Shown piece after piece: positions 18,316 to 31,482 of a stretch of DNA of 47,239 bases. Below the pieces are notes generated by a model. The model was given only the letters and a program-made list of their open reading frames with translations. It ran no database searches and had not been told where the DNA came from. Within the stretch, counting starts at the first letter, position 1; each line of letters begins with the position of its first letter. Both the position numbers and the translations under genes were made by a program. This DNA is from Deltaproteobacteria bacterium (GTDB lineage Bacteria; CG2-30-53-67), in contig JAADIO010000033.1 in NCBI GenBank assembly GCA_013151235.1, positions 62,001 through 109,239 on the forward strand. Reading direction: 5' to 3'.

Positions 18316-19266
18316 TTACGGAGTTGGAGAGCCCGCTGCCCCGGGCTGTATCGCCCTTTCTCTCTCTTCGGGCTCTCCATTGACTTCCGGGAAACGAAGA
18401 GGGAGCGTCACCAGGGAGAAGGGGTCAATTCGCACACCATTGAGCCGCGCCCCCCAGTGGAGATGGGGCCCCGTCACCCGTCCCGTGGCACCCACATGCC
18501 CCAGGACCGAACCTTGACGGACGATCTGCCCTTTCCGAACGGCAAAGTCTTCTAAATGCGCATAGAGGGTATAGAGCCCGCCTCCGTGATCGAGGATCAC
18601 CGTGTTGCCGCTGAAGAAGAGATTGTCAGCCATGACCACCCGTCCGGCATCCGGGGCCTTCACCGGGGTTCCGGCGCCGGCAAGAAGGTCGGCTCCCGAA
18701 TGGGGGCTCCGGGGTTCACCGTTGAAGATGCGGCGCAATCCGAAGGAACTCCCCCGTGCCGCCTCAACGGGAGCAGTGAATCCCCGCAACCAGAAGGCCT
18801 TCCGGCTGCGGATTTTGTAAAGCGCCGCCAGTCCCTTCTTCTCCCCGTGCACACGGGCAAGATCCTTGCGGGAAAGATCAACATACTTCTTCCGGACGGT
18901 AATCCGCTCCAGGGGAAAAATCTTCGGCAGAACGGTAATGTGAAAGACCCCTTCCGTTTTTTTGCCGTCCGGAAAATCGGCCCGGTACGTCAGGGAATGA
19001 CTGCGAGGTGAAACGGTCAACCCCACGGCCGCCAAGGCAGACCATCGTCTCCCCTTCTCATTCGAAGTGAAGAGAAGTTTCTGTCCCAGAAAACTTCCTT
19101 TCACCCTGTCCAGTCTCGTGGCCGACACAATTCGTACCCAGACCGCCTGACCGGGGTAGATCTTTTTCGGAAGAACCCGGACCTGTATCTTGGTGGCCCA
19201 CGCGCTGCCCGCACAGAGAAACCACACCATTAAAATCCACGACACGCGACAGATACCTTTCAGCAC
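18316..19266 (-). CDS. M23 family metallopeptidase
   Basis: HSGAD (HxxxD), YAHL, TGPHLHW; signal peptide. GTG 19266 has GGAGG upstream; the track starts at 19302. Confidence 0.9.
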   Translation of the reverse strand: MLKGICRVSWILMVWFLCAGSAWATKIQVRVLPKKIYPGQAVWVRIVSATRLDRVKGSFLGQKLLFTSNEKGRRWSALAAVGLTVSPRSHSLTYRADFPDGKKTEGVFHITVLPKIFPLERITVRKKYVDLSRKDLARVHGEKKGLAALYKIRSRKAFWLRGFTAPVEAARGSSFGLRRIFNGEPRSPHSGADLLAGAGTPVKAPDAGRVVMADNLFFSGNTVILDHGGGLYTLYAHLEDFAVRKGQIVRQGSVLGHVGATGRVTGPHLHWGARLNGVRIDPFSLVTLPLRFPEVNGEPEERERAIQPGAAGSPTP

Positions 19267-19688
19267 GAATCCTCCTCTCCCGGCCGCTTCCCCTGACGAC
19301 AACGCATATATTCGATTTTGATGCAGCGGCCCATGACCACTTCCACCCCGGCCTCGTTCAATCTTTTCATCGCCTCATCATTCCGGATGCCCAACTGCAT
19401 CCAGAAGACCCTGGCCCCGGATTGCACCGCTTCTTCCGCAATCGGCAGGATTGCATCGGAGCGCCGGAAGACATCGACGATTTCCAACGGTTCCGGAATG
19501 GAGCTCAGTGAGGGATAACAAATCTCCCCCAGGATCTTCCGTTGTCCCGGGTTGACGGGGATGATGCGGAAACCCTGTTCCTGCAGGTACCGTGCAACCC
19601 GATGGCTGTCCCGTTCCGGTTTCGGGGAGAGCCCCACGACGGCCACGGTACGGTATCGTTGCAGGAGATTACAAATCCGATCCGCCAT
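19260..19688 (-). CDS. CoA-binding protein (YccU-like)
   Basis: VAVVGLSPKPERDS, IPVNP, DVFRR, WMQLG, CIKIE. Confidence 0.92.
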   Translation of the reverse strand: MADRICNLLQRYRTVAVVGLSPKPERDSHRVARYLQEQGFRIIPVNPGQRKILGEICYPSLSSIPEPLEIVDVFRRSDAILPIAEEAVQSGARVFWMQLGIRNDEAMKRLNEAGVEVVMGRCIKIEYMRCRQGKRPGEEDSC

Positions 19689-19815
19689 GAGGGCTGTTCC
19701 TTTCCATGTTCTTCTCCACCCGGGGTGCAGGGATCATCGTCCCCCCGTCACTTCAATCCTGCCTGCCGTGCTGTGACGCAGGTGGAGCCCCGGCGGGAGA
19801 GAAGGTTGCGGAAGA

Positions 19816-20430
19816 TTATACAAAATCCTGAAGATCGCCTGATCCTTCACGCAGGATTTCCACTTCATCCTCCAGCAGGGAGATCACACTGGAGGGTTGC
19901 ACAGGAAGCAGACCGCACTCCAGGATCAGATCCACTTCCTTTCCGAAACATTTCTGCAGATCATCCGGATCCGTCATCACTTCCTCGTCACTCCGGTTTG
20001 CACTGGTACTGACAATCGGATTCCCCAGCGCCTCCACCAGGGCCTGAGGCACGGGGTGATTCGGGACCCGGATCCCTACGGTACGGCTTTTGCTCCGAAG
20101 GGTGCGGGGGGTCTCCCGGCCGGCCGGAAGGACAAAGGTATAGGCACCGGGGAGGTACCGTCTCAGGATGCGATAAGCAAAATTGGACACCATGGCATAC
20201 CGGCTGATATGGGTCAGGTCGGCACAGACGAAGGAGAGCGGCTTCTTGGGGTCCCGTCCCTTGATACGAATGATCCGGTTCACCGCCTGAAGGCTGGTGA
20301 TATCACAACCGAAACCGTAGATCGTGTCGGTGGGATAGATCATCACCCCGCCGGACTGCAGGACCGCCACGGCCTTCGCAATATGACGTCCCTGGGGGTT
20401 CTCCGGATGTATGGAAAGCATGGTGGCCAT
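19816..20430 (-). CDS. Sua5/YciO/YrdC family protein (YciO-like)
   Basis: IHPENPQ, YPTDTIYG, LPGAYT, TVGIRVP, STSAN, REGSG. Confidence 0.92.
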   Translation of the reverse strand: MATMLSIHPENPQGRHIAKAVAVLQSGGVMIYPTDTIYGFGCDITSLQAVNRIIRIKGRDPKKPLSFVCADLTHISRYAMVSNFAYRILRRYLPGAYTFVLPAGRETPRTLRSKSRTVGIRVPNHPVPQALVEALGNPIVSTSANRSDEEVMTDPDDLQKCFGKEVDLILECGLLPVQPSSVISLLEDEVEILREGSGDLQDFV

Positions 20431-20582
20431 GGTTTTTCCTCCTTCCGAAAGAGGAGTATAACCGATGACGCAACGATTGGAAAGCTGAAATAAAGGTCCG
20501 TAGCGGGTGGGGTGCGGGAGTGGAATTCGTTCTCATTCTCTTTGCAACAACTTTTCTCGAAGAACTTGCAGCGGGGAAAGAA

Positions 20583-21911
20583 TCAGGCCACTCCTTCGGA
20601 ATGTGCTTCCACCGGCTGCAACACCCCCTGACGAACCATCCGGCATAGAAAGTTGCAAACCTCGAAATCGACGAGCGGCGTCCGGGCACAGATTTCGCTC
20701 ACCGAATGTTCTCCGTCGATCAGACCGAGGATCAGCCCCTGGTCTTCCGTCAGCTGGGCACCCTCCACCGGGATCGTACCTTCTGAGGCATAATCCAGAA
20801 CCACATCCAGCGAAGGAAGAACCGCACGCATATTCGCCCATTCATCTTCACGATGAGCTCCCTCCATTACAAGACTCATGACATCAAGCGAGAGCGTTTC
20901 ATTCGGATCGACCGGAGGGGCTTCATTTACGAACTCGAAATGCCCTTCGGGAAAGGCCATCAGGGAATAGACGATCTCCTCCGCCTGGATCCGAAGTGCC
21001 TCCTGGAGTCCCCGGCGGTCAATGGCACCGATCTCGATCAAGGCCTGTCCTAAACGCATGGAAGGATTCTGCGCGCAGAGTACCAGCGCACGTCTTCGTT
21101 CACTTTTCGTGATCTTTCCGAGTTTGTAAAGCAGATAGCCCAGTTTGTTCTTCTTGTCCCTGTCTCTGCATGAGGCGGAACAAATCTTCCCCTCCCGGAT
21201 AAAGAGAGATTTCTGTTCATGTTTGTTCTGCACCACAAGGGTCCCCGTATTCTCGCAGGAGGCGAGCAATTGAAGCAGGTCGGGGAAACGAATCTTTTTG
21301 AGTTCCCCCCGTATCTCCACCTGATCGCAGTCCGGAGAAGATCCTGCCGAGCGGTTCCCTCCGCCGCATTTTTTTTGAGGGTCGGATCTCCCGAAGTCAA
21401 CAGCATGGGGGACGGAGGAACCCCCCATCCAGCCATAAAGTGTACGGCGAAAAACAATCGGCAAAAAAAGGAGAAAGAGGGCCAAAAGGAAGACGACCGC
21501 ACCGAGAGAGAAGATACCGTAATAAAGTTGACTGCCGAAGAGGAACGCCACCCCGACCTTCATCGGCTCTCTTACATGAAACGTTCCGGCCTTAGGACTT
21601 TTCAAAGGGTTCCGCAGCAGCGTCTCTTCATACTCTGCAGCAAAATCGTTTAAGCGGCTCCCCGACTGCAGGAATTCGGTGATCCCTTGAACGGGCTTCT
21701 TCCGGCCCGCAACGCGCGCCGTAATGACGGGGTGCAAAGCAGAGTGTGATGGGAGCCGTCCTTGAGAAGATGCCGCAGGAAGACCGATGAAGAAACAAAG
21801 AAGAACCGCAACCAGGATGTTAACCCGCTTGACCATAACTGAACCGTCCATTTCCGGGAGTTCTGCCGGTTGATCCAGACAAGAATACACACTCCCGGTA
21901 CTTTTCTCCAA
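20583..21911 (-). CDS. Membrane-anchored DUF4388 (PATAN-like) domain protein
   Basis: GELKKIRFPDLLQLL...TGTL...GKI, RLGQAL, EGHFEF, LVMEGAHREDEW; two N-terminal hydrophobic segments. Start uncertain (21911, 21851 or 21836). Confidence 0.75.
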   Translation of the reverse strand: MEKSTGSVYSCLDQPAELPEMDGSVMVKRVNILVAVLLCFFIGLPAASSQGRLPSHSALHPVITARVAGRKKPVQGITEFLQSGSRLNDFAAEYEETLLRNPLKSPKAGTFHVREPMKVGVAFLFGSQLYYGIFSLGAVVFLLALFLLFLPIVFRRTLYGWMGGSSVPHAVDFGRSDPQKKCGGGNRSAGSSPDCDQVEIRGELKKIRFPDLLQLLASCENTGTLVVQNKHEQKSLFIREGKICSASCRDRDKKNKLGYLLYKLGKITKSERRRALVLCAQNPSMRLGQALIEIGAIDRRGLQEALRIQAEEIVYSLMAFPEGHFEFVNEAPPVDPNETLSLDVMSLVMEGAHREDEWANMRAVLPSLDVVLDYASEGTIPVEGAQLTEDQGLILGLIDGEHSVSEICARTPLVDFEVCNFLCRMVRQGVLQPVEAHSEGVA

Positions 21912-22124
21912 TCATTGGGCGAAAAAACGGTAAATCGGCTCAGTTTTCAGACGGCCTGCCCCGGACGGAAACAGGCACTTTCCAGTCCCCCTGATAATTT
22001 CAGTATCCCTTGAATAAGTCGGCCCTGTCAATCAGAAAAACATTATTTGCCGATGAAAGATCACAAGAGATTCATCATACAGAAAGACGGCAGACAAGAT
22101 CCTGTTTCTGCGATGAGAATGGAA

Positions 22125-22170
22125 GAAAAAACCGGATGCCCAGACAAGACGGATTTGCCTGGACATCCGG
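22125..22170 (-). terminator. Intrinsic terminator after the Lys-rich gene
   Basis: Minus strand CCGGATGTCCAGGCAA-7 nt-TTGTCTGGGCATCCGG followed by TTTTTT. Confidence 0.85.
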
Positions 22171-22185
22171 AAGATATTGAGAGGA

Positions 22186-22473
22186 TTATTTCTTTTTCTG
22201 GTGGGCCTTGCAGAACTTTGAGGGAGCCTTTGCCATATTCTTGCAGCGTTTCCCTGCTTTGGTCTTCGCCGCGCACCGCTTGGCGACCTTTTTCTTGACG
22301 ACTTTCTTCTTTGCCACCTTCTTTTTGACGACTTTCTTGGCGACCTTCTTCGCGACTTTTTTCTTGACGACTTTCTTGTTTGCCACTTTCTTCTTCGAAG
22401 CGACCTTCTTTGTGACGGTCTTTTTCGTCGTTTTTTTGACCGCCTTCTTCGCCTTCTTCTTCACTGTTGCCAT
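22186..22473 (-). CDS. Lys-rich histone-H1-like basic protein with C-terminal C3H motif
   Basis: AAAGGAGGA RBS before ATG 22473. KKVAKK/KKVVKK repeats, then RCAAKTKAGKRCKNMAKAPSKFCKAH. Has its own terminator. Confidence 0.8.
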   Translation of the reverse strand: MATVKKKAKKAVKKTTKKTVTKKVASKKKVANKKVVKKKVAKKVAKKVVKKKVAKKKVVKKKVAKRCAAKTKAGKRCKNMAKAPSKFCKAHQKKK

Positions 22474-22575
22474 TTTTAGTCCTCCTTTGTGTGGTTGGTA
22501 AAAATGACCTTCTCCTAAAAACAGAGGGTTAATCACTGACCCCTCTTATAATAGCTTAAATAAAATCTCTAACTC

Positions 22576-22604
22576 AAAATAGCATAACGAAAAATAGATT
22601 GCAA
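22576..22604 (-). promoter_or_regulatory. Putative sigma70 promoter of the Lys-rich gene
   Basis: TTGCAA-17 bp-TATTTT with an extended -10 TG, in AT-rich DNA. Confidence 0.45.
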
Positions 22605-22796
22605 GTAAAATAAGTCAACTTATTTGCAAATTAATCTGTCATTCCCATCTTTGAGCAATATACAAAATGAAAATTCAAAAGCAAAAACCTTTTGTCACAG
22701 GACCTCTTTTTGTGACAAAAAAACAGGACTGCACAAATCTACCTGGAGTTGAAAGAAAAGAAAATCGATCTGATTCCCAGCGGAAAAGTAGATCCT

Positions 22797-24140
22797 TCAG
22801 GGGAGCGTGCACTGATTGGCTATCGAGAGATAGGCGGGATAATCGAAGGCCGGACTGTGCTTGTCGTTATGGCATTTCCGACATACATCCTCGGGAACCC
22901 TTGCGGTCATTGCTCTTCTCCCAGGGTGCCCCTCTCCGGCCCCGTGACAGGACTCGCACTGCACGTTTTTAAACCCGGGGGTTTTTTCTGTATCGATGAA
23001 TCCGCTGCGGGTTCCATAACCCAGAACATGGCAGACCACGCACTCCGGATCATACTCCTCACCCTTTTCCACAAGCGACCTGTATGCGTAGGCATGCGGG
23101 GTGTTTGACCATCGCTGATAGATCACGGGATGGCAGGGGGCGCAAGTTCCGGCGCCGACGTAGACAGGTCCATTTTTTTTCTTTGGAAGGAAAGAGACAT
23201 CCTCGGAGAACCTTCCCTCACGCACCTGCCGTTGGAACCGGTCAACCTCTTTTTGCACACCGGGGTCAACCTGCACCCCTTCGTCTACCGGGATCATGGA
23301 GGAGACAAAGGAGAGAACCCTTCCCTTCACGTCCAGGTTCAGGGTAAGCCGGCCAAGCTTCTCACCGAGCGTACCGTCGGACACAATAACCGTATTCCCG
23401 ACCTTCCGCGCCGATCCGGCGCCGACGTGGTGGCCGATGATCGCGACACCGATCTCCGGATTTGCCTTGAGGAATGCATCGGGATCGGTGAGGTTGAAGT
23501 GGAGCAGAGCGACGATCAGGTCACACCGTTTCCGGAGTCCCGGCAATACCTTCGCCGCCGCCTCAAAAGGGTCGGAGATCCGAAGGTTGTGAAGAGCGTT
23601 TCGGTATTGATTCGTCACGACGTGGTCATCCAGGAGGGCAACGACCCCGACGCGAAGTCCCGCCCGATGGAAGACACGAAACGGTTCAAAAACCGGTTTC
23701 CCCTGCGGTTTAAAAATATTGGCACAGAGGAAGGGAAAGTTCGCCTTCTTCACCGCCCGCAGAAGAAAATCCGCGCCCTCGGCGAAATCGTAGTCCCCGA
23801 CGGCGCAGCCGTCATAACCGATCAGGTTCATGGCACGGATCATGGCCGCCGTCTTGACGGCATAGAAGGCGGGACTGCCCTCGAGTCCTTCAAAGGAGCC
23901 GAAGAAAACATCCCCGCTGTCCACCAGCAGGGTATTTCCGGAGCGGTATCTGTCGTACAGGGTCTTGCGCCGGGCCACGCCGCCCAACTGCTTTTCGGAA
24001 CAGCCGCAACGCTTGAGCTCACCGGCCACGTTTCCGGTATGAAAGATCGAGATGGTGATCTGCCTGCTTGTTACCGCTGGTGAGGAACAAGCAAGGCAGA
24101 GCAGGACAGTCCCAGCGGCAATTATCATCTTGGCCATCAT
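22797..24140 (-). CDS. UshA/5'-nucleotidase-like domain fused to a tetraheme cytochrome c (c554-like)
   Basis: GGVARR, LLVDSGD, FLCANI, IIGHH; four CxxCH motifs (CAPCH, CVVCH, CESCH, CRKCH); signal peptide ending in LAC (possible lipoprotein). Confidence 0.85.
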   Translation of the reverse strand: MMAKMIIAAGTVLLCLACSSPAVTSRQITISIFHTGNVAGELKRCGCSEKQLGGVARRKTLYDRYRSGNTLLVDSGDVFFGSFEGLEGSPAFYAVKTAAMIRAMNLIGYDGCAVGDYDFAEGADFLLRAVKKANFPFLCANIFKPQGKPVFEPFRVFHRAGLRVGVVALLDDHVVTNQYRNALHNLRISDPFEAAAKVLPGLRKRCDLIVALLHFNLTDPDAFLKANPEIGVAIIGHHVGAGSARKVGNTVIVSDGTLGEKLGRLTLNLDVKGRVLSFVSSMIPVDEGVQVDPGVQKEVDRFQRQVREGRFSEDVSFLPKKKNGPVYVGAGTCAPCHPVIYQRWSNTPHAYAYRSLVEKGEEYDPECVVCHVLGYGTRSGFIDTEKTPGFKNVQCESCHGAGEGHPGRRAMTARVPEDVCRKCHNDKHSPAFDYPAYLSIANQCTLP

Positions 24141-25076
24141 TCAGGCATCCTTCTCCATTGCGCCCACAAGATCCGCAATCACAGCAAACCCTTCATCGCG
24201 CATGTATTCCCTGATCCCTTCCACGATACGGACCGGGGCCATGGGATCCACGAAGTTCGCGGTCCCCAGGGCAACGGCGGAGGCGCCGGCAAGAAGAAAA
24301 GCAATCGCGTCCGAAGGATTCATGATCCCCCCCATACCGATGACCGGTACCTTCACGACCTGCGCCACCTGATAGACCATCCGCAAGGCAACGGGCAGGA
24401 TGGCCGGACCGGAGAGACCTCCCGTCACGTTGGCCAGCCTGGGCCGGCGGGTCTTCACGTCAATCGCCATTCCGAGCAGCGTGTTGATGAGAGAGAGAAC
24501 ATCGGCCCCCTCCCCTTCGGCGATGCGAGCGAACTCCGTAATGTCCGTCACGTTCGGAGAAAGCTTGACGATCAAAGGCAGATGCGTGGTCCCGCGCACC
24601 AGGCCGACGACCTCTTTCGTCGCGGAAGGATCAGTCCCGAAGGCCATCCCCCCTTTCCGGACGTTGGGACAGGAGATGTTCAACTCGATACCGTCGACCC
24701 CTCCGGACTCGGTAAGCAGACGGGCCACCTCGGCATAGTCTTCCGCCCGATGGCCGTAGATGTTGGCGATAACCGCCACATCGAGTGTACGCAAACGCGG
24801 GAGTTTCCGGTCAATGAAAGCACGGACGCCGATATTCTGGAGCCCGATGGCATTGAGCATGCCGGCCGGAGTTTCGCAGACCCTCGGCGGGGGATTGCCC
24901 TCCTGCGGACCGATGGAAAGGCCCTTGACGGTCAACGCGCCCAGCTTCGACAGGTCGTAGATCTCGGCGATCTCTTCACCGTAGCCGGACGTCCCCGATG
25001 CCGTCATCACGGGGTTCTTCATCACAATCCCGCCGATATTGACCGACAGATCCGGTGTGACGTTCTTCGATTTCAT
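24141..25076 (-). CDS. pyrD: Dihydroorotate dehydrogenase, family 1B catalytic subunit
   Basis: [39 protein letters not shown]. Confidence 0.96.
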   Translation of the reverse strand: MKSKNVTPDLSVNIGGIVMKNPVMTASGTSGYGEEIAEIYDLSKLGALTVKGLSIGPQEGNPPPRVCETPAGMLNAIGLQNIGVRAFIDRKLPRLRTLDVAVIANIYGHRAEDYAEVARLLTESGGVDGIELNISCPNVRKGGMAFGTDPSATKEVVGLVRGTTHLPLIVKLSPNVTDITEFARIAEGEGADVLSLINTLLGMAIDVKTRRPRLANVTGGLSGPAILPVALRMVYQVAQVVKVPVIGMGGIMNPSDAIAFLLAGASAVALGTANFVDPMAPVRIVEGIREYMRDEGFAVIADLVGAMEKDA

Positions 25077-25119
25077 AGAAGCTCCATCCTGTGCAGACTG
25101 CGGTGAATCGTCAGGCGCC

Positions 25120-27006
25120 TCACAATTTCATCTGTATCCCCAGTTCGAATACCTGCTCCGGTGAAATCCGGAAATACTTTGTCGCATCCCTTGCCGAACG
25201 GGAGAGATAAACGAAGAGGTGTTTCCGCCAGACGGGCATGGTTTCATCTTTCGTGACCAGCAGGTTTTCACGCCCCAGGAAAAAGATCGTATCTTCCACG
25301 CTGAAATTTTCCGTGCCGAAATCAATCTTTCCAAGCGCCCTCGGTATATCGGGATGTTCACTGAAACCGTAGTGTAAAGTCACGCGGAAGAATCCGTTTC
25401 CAAGTTCCCGGACGGACAGGCGTTCCGACGGCGAAACGTAGGGAATCTCTTCGGTCGTCACATGGAGAATCAATATCCTTTCGTGGAGGATTTTGTTATG
25501 CATGAAGTTGCTGACCAACGCCGTCGGCGTACCGACCGGGTTTCCGGTGAGAAAGGCCGCCGTCCCCGGGACACGGGTGATCCTACGGCTTGAGACTTCT
25601 TCAAGAAAGTCCTTCAGGGGGATCGTGACGGCATCGAGTTTGCGTTTGAGTATCTTGCGCCCCTGTCTCCAGGTAATCATGACGGAAAAAACCGCTGCAG
25701 CGACCAGCAGGGGCACCCAGCCTCCGGAGGTTACCTTGGTGATGTTCGAACTGAAAAAGGCCGCATCAATGCAAAGAAGAACGGAACATGCCGGAAGTAC
25801 GGCAAAGAGCCTCCATTTCCAGCGGCGGCGGGCGACAAAGAACATGAGGATCGTCGTAATGACCATGGTCGCCGACACGGCGATCCCGTATGCCGCGGCC
25901 AGATTACCTGAATGACGAAACCCGATCACCAGGCAGACGGTGCCGGCCATCAGGATCCAGTTGATGAAGGGCACATAAATCTGTCCGATCTGTTCCGTGG
26001 ATGTATGCAGGACCGCCAGGCGCGGAAAGTACCCCAACTGAACCGCCTGACGTGTCAGGGAAAAGGCGCCGGAGATCACCGCCTGAGAGGCAATCACCGT
26101 GGCGGCCGTCGCAAGCAGGATCAGGGGATACAGTGCCCATGCAGGTGCGAGTCTGTAAAACAGGTTGTCCACGGCACCGGGGTCTCCGATCAGCAGGGCT
26201 CCCTGACCGAAGTAGTTCAGGAGCAGTGAAGGAAAAACGATTGCAAACCAACCGGCCTGAATCGGGCCTTTGCCGAAGTGCCCCATATCCGCATACAACG
26301 CCTCCCCTCCGGTCACGACGAGGAAAACCGTTCCCAGTACCAGAAATGCTCTTAATCCGTTATGGGACATGACTTCCACGGCGTAGACGGGATTCAGAGC
26401 CGCCATCACCCCGGGATGATGCAGAATCGCCGCCAGGCCCATAAACCCCATCACTGCAAACCAGAGGAGCATGACCGGTCCGAAGACGGAACCGATACCG
26501 GAAGTGCCATGGTGCTGAAATGAAAAAAGCACGATCAGAATGAAAATTGCGATGGGAACCACAAAAGGCTTCAGGAGCGGAGTCGCCGCATTCAGCCCTT
26601 CAATCGCGCTCAAGACCGAGATGGCAGGGGTGATCATGCCGTCGCCGTAAAGCAGGGCCGCACCGAACAGGCCCAGCGTTCCAAGGACCAGAAACAGTAC
26701 CGGGTTGATCCTGCGTATCTTTACAACAAGGGTTGTCAATGCCAGGATGCCGCCCTCCCCTTTGTTGTCGGCCTTCATGACAAAAAGAAGATATTTGAGC
26801 GAAATCACCAGGACAAGAGACCAGAAGATCAGGGAGAGGATCCCCAGTACATTCACGGCATTGACGGGAATTCCATCTTTCCGCCGGAAGCATTCTCTCA
26901 TGGCATAAAGCGGACTCGTTCCGATGTCGCCATAGACAATGCCGAGCGCCGCGATAATTGAGCCGACAGGTCTTCGTATCAATTCAGAGGAGTTGTTTTT
27001 ATTCAT
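25120..27006 (-). CDS. kup: KUP/HAK/KT potassium uptake transporter
   Basis: [55 protein letters not shown]. Confidence 0.97.
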   Translation of the reverse strand: MNKNNSSELIRRPVGSIIAALGIVYGDIGTSPLYAMRECFRRKDGIPVNAVNVLGILSLIFWSLVLVISLKYLLFVMKADNKGEGGILALTTLVVKIRRINPVLFLVLGTLGLFGAALLYGDGMITPAISVLSAIEGLNAATPLLKPFVVPIAIFILIVLFSFQHHGTSGIGSVFGPVMLLWFAVMGFMGLAAILHHPGVMAALNPVYAVEVMSHNGLRAFLVLGTVFLVVTGGEALYADMGHFGKGPIQAGWFAIVFPSLLLNYFGQGALLIGDPGAVDNLFYRLAPAWALYPLILLATAATVIASQAVISGAFSLTRQAVQLGYFPRLAVLHTSTEQIGQIYVPFINWILMAGTVCLVIGFRHSGNLAAAYGIAVSATMVITTILMFFVARRRWKWRLFAVLPACSVLLCIDAAFFSSNITKVTSGGWVPLLVAAAVFSVMITWRQGRKILKRKLDAVTIPLKDFLEEVSSRRITRVPGTAAFLTGNPVGTPTALVSNFMHNKILHERILILHVTTEEIPYVSPSERLSVRELGNGFFRVTLHYGFSEHPDIPRALGKIDFGTENFSVEDTIFFLGRENLLVTKDETMPVWRKHLFVYLSRSARDATKYFRISPEQVFELGIQMKL

Positions 27007-27803
27007 CGGATGTCGTGCAGCAGAAGCTCTCCGGCATCAAAGACCGGCCCTTCACGGCAGACCCGCCGGTAACCGCCGGTTGTCCTTATCACACACCCCA
27101 TACAGGTCCCCAGCCCGCATGCCATCACAGACTCAAGGGAAACCTCACAGTCGATTCCGGCGCCGCGGGTCATTCGGGCGACTTCCAGGAGCATGGGGCG
27201 GGGACCACAGGCATAGACCTTCACGGATTCGGAAGGCGATGTCTTGCGTAAATGTTCCCGAAAGAGTTCCGTCACGGTCCCCGGTTCTCCGAGACTTCCG
27301 TCATCGGTCGCCGTCAGTACGGTCATGCCCGACGCGGCAAATTCGTCCAGGGGGACCAGCTCAGCCGCCGTCCGGGCGCCGTAGAAGAGGATTACCTTCA
27401 CCCCGCGATCCCGTAATGTCCGGGCCAGGAACCGGAAGGGAGCGACCCCGACGCCGCCGGCGATCAGTACCGCCTTGCGTACGGGAGAGGTCACGTCGAA
27501 TCCGGTACCGAGAGGGCCGGTCAGATTCAACCGCTCACCCGGTTTCCGTCTTGAAATCCATTCCGTGCCGCGCCCGGCCACACGATAGAGAATACTTAAA
27601 CGTTGCGCCGCATAATCATGGACCGAAAAGGCCCGGCCGAGAAGAGGATCGAGGGACGAGGAGGCCCGAACCATGACAAAGCGTCCGGGAGCGCAGGAAT
27701 AAAGATCCCCATCAAGAGAGAGGGTCAGCCGACGAATACCAAGAGCAACCTCCTCATTTTTAATAAGCTCGGAACTCAGGTTCCGGATCAGGAGCCGGGA
27801 CAT
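27003..27803 (-). CDS. pyrK: Dihydroorotate dehydrogenase electron transfer subunit
   Basis: RAFS, GPLG, AGGVGVAP, YACGP, MACGLGTCMGC...VCREGPVF ([2Fe-2S] motif). Confidence 0.93.
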   Translation of the reverse strand: MSRLLIRNLSSELIKNEEVALGIRRLTLSLDGDLYSCAPGRFVMVRASSSLDPLLGRAFSVHDYAAQRLSILYRVAGRGTEWISRRKPGERLNLTGPLGTGFDVTSPVRKAVLIAGGVGVAPFRFLARTLRDRGVKVILFYGARTAAELVPLDEFAASGMTVLTATDDGSLGEPGTVTELFREHLRKTSPSESVKVYACGPRPMLLEVARMTRGAGIDCEVSLESVMACGLGTCMGCVIRTTGGYRRVCREGPVFDAGELLLHDIR

Positions 27804-28270
27804 TGGATATCCAGTATTTCATAACCGATAATACCGCCGGGCGCCCGCACCTCAATCTCGTCTCCGACCTCCTTGCCGATCATGGCACGCGCGACCGGCG
27901 AAAAGACCGAGATTTTACCGGACTTGATGTCGGCTTCGTCTTCCCCGACGATTTGGTAGGTCACTTCTTCTTCCGTGGCCAGATTGACCAGCGTCACTTG
28001 CAGGCCGAAGCTGACCCGGTCCGTCTTGATCTTCGCAGGATCAATCACCTCGGCCCGCGCGAGTTTGGAATTCAGCTCGGCGATCTTCCCTTCGATGAAA
28101 CCCTGCCGCTCCTTTGCCGCATGGTACTCCGCATTCTCACTCAGGTCACCATGAGCACGTGCCTCGGCGATATCACGGACATTCTTCGGACGTTCCACGG
28201 TTTTGAGATTTTTCAATTGCATTTGCAGTTGTTTATGCCCCTCGGGGGTCATGGGAACCTTCGTGTTCAT
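27788..28270 (-). CDS. greA: Transcription elongation factor GreA
   Basis: ARAHGDLSENAEYHAAKE; ISVFSPVARA. Confidence 0.97.
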   Translation of the reverse strand: MNTKVPMTPEGHKQLQMQLKNLKTVERPKNVRDIAEARAHGDLSENAEYHAAKERQGFIEGKIAELNSKLARAEVIDPAKIKTDRVSFGLQVTLVNLATEEEVTYQIVGEDEADIKSGKISVFSPVARAMIGKEVGDEIEVRAPGGIIGYEILDIQCPGS

Positions 28271-28287
28271 GAAACTTTTTTCTCCTC

Positions 28288-31482
<3,195 letters not shown>

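Noticed and set aside
22280-22460. Tandem low-complexity repeats that might be a CRISPR array or VNTR
   Set aside because: They are degenerate codons for Lys/Val/Ala repeats inside a CDS, with no repeat-spacer structure.
23995-24012. Possible selenocysteine in the CGC motif of the UshA-like cytochrome
   Set aside because: The codons are TGC-GGC-TGT; there is no in-frame TGA.
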